This document shows positions 47,977 to 55,985 of a stretch of DNA of 64,000 bases, one piece after another. The DNA is from a virus. The position numbers and the translations under genes are program-made. Each line of letters begins with the position of its first letter. The first letter of the stretch is position 1. The stretch spans positions 32,001 to 96,000 of the IMG/VR virus record IMGVR_UViG_3300009161_000023, one strand, 5' to 3'. The notes under the pieces were generated by a model that was not told the origin of the DNA, searched no databases, and worked only from the letters and a program-made list of their open reading frames with translations.

Positions 47977-48567
47977 ATGATTCAAAAATGGCAATACTTT
48001 GAAAGTAATTTAACTTTAAGTGAAAGAGAATCACAAATTATAACAGGTACATTGCTTGGAACATCTTCTATTGTATTTCCTGATAAATCTAAGAATCCAC
48101 ATCTTTTAATGAGATCTCCTAAGAAAGATCCAATTTGGATTAGATGTAAAGCTTTTGAATTAAAAAAACTATCTAGACCTAAATCTTTTATAGAAGATAA
48201 ATATTATTATAGGTGGAATTCATCATCGACAGAATTATTAAAAAATCATTATAATATTTTTTATAAAAAAGGAACCAAACAAATATCTTTTAAATTATTA
48301 GAATCATTAAAACCATTATCTATAGCTTGTTGGTTTTTAGATAAAGGATTTATCAATGAATATGAATGTGGATTAAAATTAAATACATCTAATAAATCAC
48401 TTGAAAATATATTAAATTTTTTTAAATTATTAGACATTCCTTTATTTAAAAAACAAAACTATTACATTTTTAAAGAAAAGAAAAATGTAAATTCTTTTTT
48501 TAATATAATAAAAAATCATATACCAATTGAAATAAAAAAGAATATATTAATACATTTGGAATTTTAA
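47977..48567 (+). CDS. free-standing LAGLIDADG_2-like homing endonuclease, apparently inactive
   Basis: QIITGTLLGTSSI (canonical GxLLGDG), LSIACWFLDKG (canonical WFMDDG). Confidence 0.7.
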   Translation: MIQKWQYFESNLTLSERESQIITGTLLGTSSIVFPDKSKNPHLLMRSPKKDPIWIRCKAFELKKLSRPKSFIEDKYYYRWNSSSTELLKNHYNIFYKKGTKQISFKLLESLKPLSIACWFLDKGFINEYECGLKLNTSNKSLENILNFFKLLDIPLFKKQNYYIFKEKKNVNSFFNIIKNHIPIEIKKNILIHLEF

Positions 48568-48798
48568 GACATTATCATATAAATCTTTTAAAGTTATGCC
48601 TGTATTTAAATTATTATAAATAGTATCGTCAACTTTAATTTTAAATTTAATCTCAATATCAAAAATAAGTTGCATCATATCCAAGGAATCAACTTTTAAA
48701 TCAAAGATTTTTGTAATTTCGTTTATTTCATCTACAGAACATGAATCTGCTAAAGATTCACAGATAACTTCTTTGAATGTTTCAAAATTTAGTTCCAT
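48547..48798 (-). CDS. acyl carrier protein
   Basis: 83 aa, acidic; DLKVDSLDMMQLIFDIE.KF.I phosphopantetheine-site pattern; GGAG RBS. Confidence 0.82.
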   Translation of the reverse strand: MELNFETFKEVICESLADSCSVDEINEITKIFDLKVDSLDMMQLIFDIEIKFKIKVDDTIYNNLNTGITLKDLYDNVLKFQMY

Positions 48799-48911
48799 GA
48801 TATTCTCCGAATATGTATCATAACTTTAATTATATTATTAATAATCATATTATGTGTCAAGTAAAAATTATTTATTGTTAAACTTTATAATTTTTTTTTA
48901 TATATTTCTTT

Positions 48912-50462
48912 TTAAAGCGGTTCCTCACAATCTAAGAGTTGATTTTCTAATTCTTGAATTTCTTCATTTAATGTTTGAATCATATTAAGAAGTTGGTTTA
49001 TATCGCCTTCTAACTCATCATCTTTATCTTCGGCCTCACTTCTTTTTTCTCGCAGAGGTTTTAAGATAGAATTATAATATTCAAGTTCATCAAGCGTATA
49101 TTGCGTAGTTTCTTTTTTTGTATTTTTTAAGTTATCAGCAAGGCTACGCACAGAAGCTATTCCATCGTTACCAATTCCATAGGCTGTATAATCAGGATTA
49201 TTCATAATGTCACCAATAGCTCTAAATCGCTCTTCGTTGTCTTCCTTATATTGCGATATTCTTAGCAGATCATATGGGTCTAGAATTTCGTTAGAATATA
49301 TTTTTTGCAATTCTATATTGTTAAATTTTATGGAATTGTTTGCGAATTCATATTGTCTTACAAGGTCTATAATATTGGACACAATACCATATAATCTATC
49401 AATTTCATCTTGTATTTGTTCATTATATTCATTATTAGAATCACTATTAGGATCATCTTCTATTAATTGGTTTATTTTATCATTTAATTCGTCATATTCT
49501 TTTTGAGTGTCATTTAAATATTTTTGAGGTTCTTCTCGTTCTTTTGTTTTATCAGCAATACTTGTTTCCTTATTTAGTACTTGGATTTCTTTTTCTCTTA
49601 TGTTTTCTCTTATTGTATCACAATTTGGTCGTTGTGTTGTTGTACTTGTTGTTGTACTTGTTGTTGTACTTGTTGTTGTACTTGTTGTTGTACTTGTTGT
49701 TGTACTTGTTGTTGTACTTGTTGTTGTACTTGTTGTAGTCGTTGTAGTCGTTGTAGTTGGTGCTTCTGTTGTTGTAGGTGCTTCTGTTGTAGAACCATCA
49801 CCGTCAAAAGAAAATATTGTTCTTGTTCTTGTTCTTGCTATTGTTCTTGCTCTTGTTGTGGTAGGTGCTTCTGTTGTGGTAGGTGCTTCTGTTGTTGTAG
49901 GTGTACTTTTTGTATGGCCATTACCGTCAAAAGAAAACATTGGTTTTGTTTTTATTTTATTTAAAGTAGAATTATTTAAATTTTTTATTGTTCTTTTAGA
50001 TTGATTAATTCTGTCAAGTTCTACATAAGTATTTGTTAATTTATTTATACTAACTTTTGTTTTTTTTAATTTTTCTATTAGCTCTAATGTATTTTCTGTA
50101 TTTTCTAGAAGATTATTCTCTGTTTTTTTGAATTTACTTTGCAATGATGTAATTTTATTAGAAAATAAATTGTTTTTATCAATTGCAATATTTTTTTTAT
50201 CTTTAACTAATTTTAAGTTTTGTTCAGTTGGATTATCAATATAATCATTAATAGTTTTTATTAATTCATCTGCTGAAACATTATTTCTTCTAAATGAATT
50301 TTTGCTATTATCAAATGATTGCTTGGTTTTTTTAAAACTTAAAGTACTTTTTTTTATATTATTTAAAAGTTTATTAGATTTTTCTATAGATTCTGTTGTA
50401 TTTGATTTTATCAAATTAACAAATTGTCTTGCTTCTTTAATTTTAGATTTTATTTTTTTCAT
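48912..50462 (-). CDS. coiled-coil protein with central Thr-rich mucin-like linker
   Basis: TTTEAP repeats, (STTT)8, two FSFDGxG motifs. Confidence 0.65.
   Translation of the reverse strand: MKKIKSKIKEARQFVNLIKSNTTESIEKSNKLLNNIKKSTLSFKKTKQSFDNSKNSFRRNNVSADELIKTINDYIDNPTEQNLKLVKDKKNIAIDKNNLFSNKITSLQSKFKKTENNLLENTENTLELIEKLKKTKVSINKLTNTYVELDRINQSKRTIKNLNNSTLNKIKTKPMFSFDGNGHTKSTPTTTEAPTTTEAPTTTRARTIARTRTRTIFSFDGDGSTTEAPTTTEAPTTTTTTTTTSTTTSTTTSTTTSTTTSTTTSTTTSTTTSTTTQRPNCDTIRENIREKEIQVLNKETSIADKTKEREEPQKYLNDTQKEYDELNDKINQLIEDDPNSDSNNEYNEQIQDEIDRLYGIVSNIIDLVRQYEFANNSIKFNNIELQKIYSNEILDPYDLLRISQYKEDNEERFRAIGDIMNNPDYTAYGIGNDGIASVRSLADNLKNTKKETTQYTLDELEYYNSILKPLREKRSEAEDKDDELEGDINQLLNMIQTLNEEIQELENQLLDCEEPL
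49634..49735. repeat. 12-bp tandem repeat x8 (STTT)
   Basis: gttgttgtactt repeated. Confidence 0.95.
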
Positions 50463-50580
50463 ATATTATATATACTTTTATTTATTTTTTCAAAGAAGTT
50501 TATGAACTAAACATAAGCTTGGATGATGTTTTAAATAATTCTGAAATAATTACACTTTTTAATAGCAAATAATATTAAAT

Positions 50581-50620
50581 AAAAAAACCCACTTAGTTTA
50601 ACACTAAGTGGGGATTTTTT
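50581..50620. terminator. intrinsic terminator after the major capsid gene
   Basis: CCCACTTAGT-ttaac-ACTAAGTGGG flanked by A7 and T6. Confidence 0.9.
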
Positions 50621-50664
50621 ATTATTCTAAAGTTTTATGTTAGCTTAAGAATATAGTGTAAAAA

Positions 50665-52095
50665 TCAAATAATAAAATTTGCAATGGAAAGGCGAGCATA
50701 AAACTTCGAACCTTCACGCAATAGTTTCTTACCATAACGGGTAAGAATACCACGCCTTGGGCAGAAGCTTTCAGGATCAAGAACAGTAGGAGTCTGGGTG
50801 AGTGGAACATATGGGCAATAGAAATATCCACTGTCCATGTAACTGTCGCCCTTATAACCCATTAAGATCTGATTAGATTGGAATAATGGATCTTTGTATA
50901 TTCTCCAACGATTGTTGATAGTACCAACATACTGTACACCTAAAGAAGAGGTGAAAGTTTCACTTGGTGCAGGTGCGAAACCAGCAGTTGCGGTTTCAAA
51001 GATTGAAGCAACTTCAGGGGAAGTTACTAACCAATTTGCACCACCACGCAAAGTTTTGCGATGGATAACATTGGAAACCTCAACTACTTTAACATAGAGG
51101 GATTCGTATTTTTCTTTAACCGTATCACCTAAAGCAGTGCTGTAATCCCAAGCTGCTACAGTTCCAGCATTCAAGCGAAGATCTTGAAGAATTTCACGAT
51201 CAATTTCAAGATTGATTTCTTGAGCAAGAACAGCAGTCAATTCAGCTTCAGCGTCAAGATTGTGTTGGCTACGAAGATCTTGTTGAGCTTCATAAGACCA
51301 TACTGCCTTCAATTTACGAGTTTTTGCAACGATTTCTTCACTTTCAATTACAAGATTGATTTCGGGAAGATCTTGATTGCATTCCATGTTATACTGGTAA
51401 TTGATAACAACACTAGAAGCACCCAATGCGTTATTCGTAGTTAATGAAATTAAGCCAGTAGTATTATCAACGCTACCGCTAACAACCTTATCAGTAGGAG
51501 TACCAATATCAGTTGCACTAAAGCTATTAGAAGCACTAAAGTTGAAAGTCTGGATAGCAACACCGCCATCATAAACGGTTCCAGTGAAGGTTCCAGCTAA
51601 GATTGGAGTATGTTCAGCTACGAAAGTTAAACTAGTAGTTGCACCAGCATCGCTGTGAGATTCGTTTTGAACGAATTGGCTACTATAGTAAACATCAAGA
51701 TTTGAAGTACCATCAGCTAATTGTTGCAAGCTATTTGCATCATCGCCTGGAAATCCACCATTATTAGATGCACCACGAATTGCACCTTTATTGGATGAAT
51801 AACGAAAACGGAGATAATACACAAGACCAGTAGGCCCTAAAAGAGGTTGTACTGAAACAATCTTGTTAGCAATTAGTTGAGGATAAATCCTGCGTACTAA
51901 AGGAATACTGATTCGTTTGAACTGAGCAACATCTGAAGTGTCAGTTGAAATTTCGTTAATAAGTCTTTGATTTTCTAAGAGAACTGCTGTAGAAGAGCGA
52001 GTGTTAGGATCGGTAATGCCATCAAGGATGCCAGTAGTACCCCAACGAGAAACAAGCTCTTTACTCTCAGTTAAAAATTTTGCATTTGCGTTCAT
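50665..52095 (-). CDS. gp23: major capsid protein (T4 gp23-like)
   Basis: LLENQ, IPLVRR, VQPLLGPTG, AKTRKLKA.WS.E..QDL, EINLEIDRE, GYKG..YMDSGYFYCPYVPL, PRRGILTRYG. Confidence 0.97.
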   Translation of the reverse strand: MNANAKFLTESKELVSRWGTTGILDGITDPNTRSSTAVLLENQRLINEISTDTSDVAQFKRISIPLVRRIYPQLIANKIVSVQPLLGPTGLVYYLRFRYSSNKGAIRGASNNGGFPGDDANSLQQLADGTSNLDVYYSSQFVQNESHSDAGATTSLTFVAEHTPILAGTFTGTVYDGGVAIQTFNFSASNSFSATDIGTPTDKVVSGSVDNTTGLISLTTNNALGASSVVINYQYNMECNQDLPEINLVIESEEIVAKTRKLKAVWSYEAQQDLRSQHNLDAEAELTAVLAQEINLEIDREILQDLRLNAGTVAAWDYSTALGDTVKEKYESLYVKVVEVSNVIHRKTLRGGANWLVTSPEVASIFETATAGFAPAPSETFTSSLGVQYVGTINNRWRIYKDPLFQSNQILMGYKGDSYMDSGYFYCPYVPLTQTPTVLDPESFCPRRGILTRYGKKLLREGSKFYARLSIANFII

Positions 52096-52120
52096 TGTAA
52101 AAAAACCTTTCGTTTAAAAT

Positions 52121-53035
52121 TTAGTTGCTTTTCTTCACACCAGAAAGAACTAATAATTCGTTGTTTACACCGTTCCCAGAGTTATATTCCGCAATAACCT
52201 GAACATTATCGGTGTTGATATGTCCTCTCCCCGATGCATTCTTTACTTTTTCAACTCTTTCATTCTGCTCAGATATAATCTGGGCTTTTTTAACTTTAGA
52301 ATTTTTAGATTCTAATGTATAATTATTTCTAGATTCATTTACCATACTATTAAACTTTTTAACGGTTTCATTAAGTTTGGTATTTTCAGTAGAAAGTCTA
52401 ATGCTGCGAGCTTCTAGGATTCTAAGTTGACCACGAAGTTCTTCAACATTTTTATTGGATTCATTAATTTTATTAGTTGTAACAAAAGATATATCTTCAT
52501 TTTTGATATAATCAGAAGTAAGATCAACGATTTTGTTAAGAACAACTTTATGTTCAACTAAAGATGGATCGCTAAGAATATCAGTTTTTGCTTGTTCATA
52601 AATTTCAGAACCTTTTTGTTGAAGGAATTGATCTACCTTTTCAACAATATATTCTTTCATTTCTGCCAATTTAGAATCGTATTCTTCATACAAAGAAGTT
52701 TCGATGTCTTTATTTTTGCTGCGTTCATTAAGAAGCATTTGATATGCTTCTTCGTAACCTTCATCAAGAGAGTTATCGAATTCATCTTTTTGAGACTCTA
52801 AGCGATTGCGAAGGTCAGTGATAATTTCATAAGCTTCTTGATAACCCTTATAAGCAGTTTTTTCTGCTTTTTCTAAATCGGTAGTAAGCTGTTGATAAGC
52901 TTCCTCTAAATTAGAATTATATTCTTTTTCTATTTCTTCCTTAGCTGAGGATAGCATTTCCTTAACAGCCGAGGCAACTTCAACTAATTGATCCTGTGGG
53001 ATCAAGTTTTTCAATGATTCAGTAATTTTGTCCAT
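52121..53035 (-). CDS. gp22: prohead scaffold/core protein (gp22-like)
   Basis: Acidic coiled coil between protease and MCP; YIVEKVDQFL. Confidence 0.75.
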   Translation of the reverse strand: MDKITESLKNLIPQDQLVEVASAVKEMLSSAKEEIEKEYNSNLEEAYQQLTTDLEKAEKTAYKGYQEAYEIITDLRNRLESQKDEFDNSLDEGYEEAYQMLLNERSKNKDIETSLYEEYDSKLAEMKEYIVEKVDQFLQQKGSEIYEQAKTDILSDPSLVEHKVVLNKIVDLTSDYIKNEDISFVTTNKINESNKNVEELRGQLRILEARSIRLSTENTKLNETVKKFNSMVNESRNNYTLESKNSKVKKAQIISEQNERVEKVKNASGRGHINTDNVQVIAEYNSGNGVNNELLVLSGVKKSN

Positions 53036-53039
53036 TATC

Positions 53040-53705
53040 CTAACCTCTCTCTTTTAAGCTGGAAGTATGTGATTTAATAATTCCGCCAATGCAAGCAATT
53101 AAAGCGTTTTTATTTACTTTATTATTTATGCTTGTATCATTATTTTTTTGAGAAATAATAGAATTATTTTCAGGAAAGTTTTGAAAGCCTTCCTTTGTTG
53201 CAACGATTTTTTCTTGAAAAGCACCATTTGTACTTGGATCTGCAACAATATCAAAAGTGATAAGTTTATAGCCTTCGCTAATAACTAAAACACCACTTTC
53301 GTTATTTTTTCCATTTCCAACGCCACGGCTGCTGATGCCTACTCTTACACCATCGTTGATAAGTGCTCTAAGAGTTCTACCATAGGGTGTATTAAGGATT
53401 TCTCCTTCACCCATTAAAGCATTGCCTTCCCACCATAATTTAGTAATTAAGTGAGATGCATGTTCAAAGTGAATAATAGAATCGGTTGGATGATCTAACT
53501 CTCCAACTAATCCTCTAGCTTTTATAATTTCATTTAAAGAATCTACATTGTTCTTTAAAACAGTTTCAGGGTATAACCTGCCATTTTTATTAGCTTCGTT
53601 ACAAGCTTGGAATTTGCCACGAAATTTTACAACTCCGTTACTTCCCTCATTAAGCGTGAGGTTAACTCCATTATTAAGGCAAGAATCTATTAATAACATA
53701 CTCAT
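53040..53705 (-). CDS. gp21: prohead protease (gp21-like)
   Basis: NKNGRLYP, GELDHP, GISSRGVG, ITFDIVADPS..GAF. Confidence 0.93.
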   Translation of the reverse strand: MSMLLIDSCLNNGVNLTLNEGSNGVVKFRGKFQACNEANKNGRLYPETVLKNNVDSLNEIIKARGLVGELDHPTDSIIHFEHASHLITKLWWEGNALMGEGEILNTPYGRTLRALINDGVRVGISSRGVGNGKNNESGVLVISEGYKLITFDIVADPSTNGAFQEKIVATKEGFQNFPENNSIISQKNNDTSINNKVNKNALIACIGGIIKSHTSSLKERG

Positions 53706-53725
53706 ATTACCTCCTTAATAATTGG

Positions 53726-55423
53726 TTATTTGTCACTATTGTGTAGGTGCATAAAGCTTTGATCCAAAGTCATTCCATTTTTTGGAATATAAGGATTGCT
53801 TAGGTTTGGCCAAGTATCACTTCCTTGATTAGTAGCTAAACCATCACCTTCTGTAGTGTTTGGATCTTTATCATTTACTTGAGGAATAACATCCTTAAGA
53901 ACATAAGGATTATTCAAGGCTGGGAAAATATCTTTACCAGCAGAAGTATATGCAGATTTTGCAGAGTTATCTATGCCAATTTTATTACCATCAGAAGTTA
54001 CAACACCTTTATAATCACCGTTATATTTGCTTGGGAAAGCTTCAATTTTAGCTTTCTTAGCAAGAATAGGATGATCGCCATTTAAAGAATTGTGTGGTTT
54101 GTCATAATTACCAATAGTATTGCTTGACATTGCAATATTTGAAGCTTCTGTTAAAGACTTAATTAAATTATTACCAGCTTCTAAAACATTATAATTTAAT
54201 TCACTATCACCAGAAATAACAAGCTTAAGATCTTCAAGACCTTCGGAAATTTTTGCTTTTGCTAACTTATTTCCATTGTTTCTTGAAATAACATTATATA
54301 CTTCATCGAGTATTTTATATGCATCTACAAAAGATTGAAATTCACGATTGTATTGATCATCAAGACCTGGTAATACTTTTTCGCAAGTTTTACGATAAGC
54401 ATTATAATCTTCTGTATATTCTTGGCCATTAATCTTGAATACTTTATTAACACTGTCTGCGTAAGCATTATGTGCAGTTCTTAAAATGCCTTCTGCCATA
54501 AAGTTACAAGTTTGATCATCATAATTATTACTATCAGATGCTTCTAATGATTCTTTTATCATGTTAGCTAGTTCATTTTGGTTTAAGAAAACTAAACTTG
54601 GCCAAGCACCAACAATATTTTCAAGAGTAGTTTCTACTTCTTTAACATCTGAAACAGCGTTTGCTCTACGCAAATCATTAATAGCTCTTAAAAAATTATT
54701 TTCTTTAACAAGTTTTTTAGCATTAGATCTTTGATAAGTAACCTCAGAGCTTGGAGTTTTCCAATTAAATGAAAGTATTTTTCCTTCATTTCTTAATTTC
54801 AAACGAGGTAGTTTTACAGAAACAACATTGTTACTATTATCGTGGGATAAAGAAACATTATTAAATAAAGGATTTCCTTTTTTGAAATTTAAGAATTCTT
54901 GTATGTTTTCAGACATTGCTTTGAATTCTTCAATTTTAGATTTTCTGAAAAGCATTTTTACACTATCAAATTCAGAAGGTTTGTTATAGCTAGATTCATT
55001 AATTTTATTGGCTTTTTTATTCTTACCAAGTCCTTCTTTGAATACTTTTTTGTTAATTGGCATGTGTATATAGTTTTCAAACATTTCACTAGCAAGGTTT
55101 TTTTTATCTTCTAGAATTGCTTCAACCATATTGGTAATAAACTTTTTATTAGCAACTCTTTCAGATTCTTCATTAACGACTAATTCCTTAATATTATCTA
55201 ACAAAAGATTGTTATTATCTAAGTTATAAGTTGCGTGAATGTAAGTATCTTGTGGAGTAACAAAAGTTACTTCCGTTTCGTTAAGACAATGAACCTTTAA
55301 AGATTCAAGCCTTAGCCTTTTAGCTAAAATATCGCAAGATTCATTAATTTCTTTCATAGCGACATTAATAGATTTTTTTTCAATTTCATTAATAACATTG
55401 ATATCAATAAGTTTTCTCTTCAT
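53726..55423 (-). CDS. probable prohead core / head protein
   Basis: Between portal and protease; many xxE sites; duplicated FPALNNPY/WPNLSNPY at the C-terminus. Confidence 0.55.
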   Translation of the reverse strand: MKRKLIDINVINEIEKKSINVAMKEINESCDILAKRLRLESLKVHCLNETEVTFVTPQDTYIHATYNLDNNNLLLDNIKELVVNEESERVANKKFITNMVEAILEDKKNLASEMFENYIHMPINKKVFKEGLGKNKKANKINESSYNKPSEFDSVKMLFRKSKIEEFKAMSENIQEFLNFKKGNPLFNNVSLSHDNSNNVVSVKLPRLKLRNEGKILSFNWKTPSSEVTYQRSNAKKLVKENNFLRAINDLRRANAVSDVKEVETTLENIVGAWPSLVFLNQNELANMIKESLEASDSNNYDDQTCNFMAEGILRTAHNAYADSVNKVFKINGQEYTEDYNAYRKTCEKVLPGLDDQYNREFQSFVDAYKILDEVYNVISRNNGNKLAKAKISEGLEDLKLVISGDSELNYNVLEAGNNLIKSLTEASNIAMSSNTIGNYDKPHNSLNGDHPILAKKAKIEAFPSKYNGDYKGVVTSDGNKIGIDNSAKSAYTSAGKDIFPALNNPYVLKDVIPQVNDKDPNTTEGDGLATNQGSDTWPNLSNPYIPKNGMTLDQSFMHLHNSDK

Positions 55424-55637
55424 CTTTATGCTCCCTAATTAGGTTTCAACAAAATATTTATTGAATCACTTCTCAATTTTTATTTTTTTATAGATTGTGT
55501 TACAATCTTTTGTTCTCATGAGAAACAAATTTAGCTTTTTACTAAAACTAAAAATAAAATAAAATTTATGAACTTTTTTATATGTTCACATATTACATAG
55601 TTATGTATGCATAAGTTTTGAAAATTAAAGGAAAAAG

Positions 55638-55937
55638 ATGTATTCTTTTAAAAAATTTATAAAAATCAAAGAAGCGTATCAAGTAGATATTGAATATGAT
55701 TATGTAACTGAATTGGATGATATAATTAATGCTGCTAAGATATTTATCATTAAAAACCCTAAAAAAATGAAAGAATTTCTTGAAAAGGAAAGTAAGAATG
55801 ATGAGGAATTAAAGAATTTATATCAATTTAAATTTTTAGATAAAAGTAACCAACTTAATAATATTAAAAAACCTAATACTCCACTTGGGTATTTTGCTGG
55901 ATATGATTTTTTGCAAAAAATTGATTCTCCAATATGA
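55638..55937 (+). CDS. small protein with capsid-targeting-like leader (MYSFKKFIKIKE)
   Basis: AAGGA RBS. Confidence 0.55.
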   Translation: MYSFKKFIKIKEAYQVDIEYDYVTELDDIINAAKIFIIKNPKKMKEFLEKESKNDEELKNLYQFKFLDKSNQLNNIKKPNTPLGYFAGYDFLQKIDSPI

Positions 55938-55985
55938 TAAAAGTTATCAATACTGTATATTGTGTTTAATAAATAAAATTAATTA

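Noticed and set aside
49544-50004. Cys/Thr-, Val- and Gln-repeat ORFs (metallothionein-like appearance)
   Set aside because: Shadows of the 12-bp STTT repeat in other frames and on the other strand.
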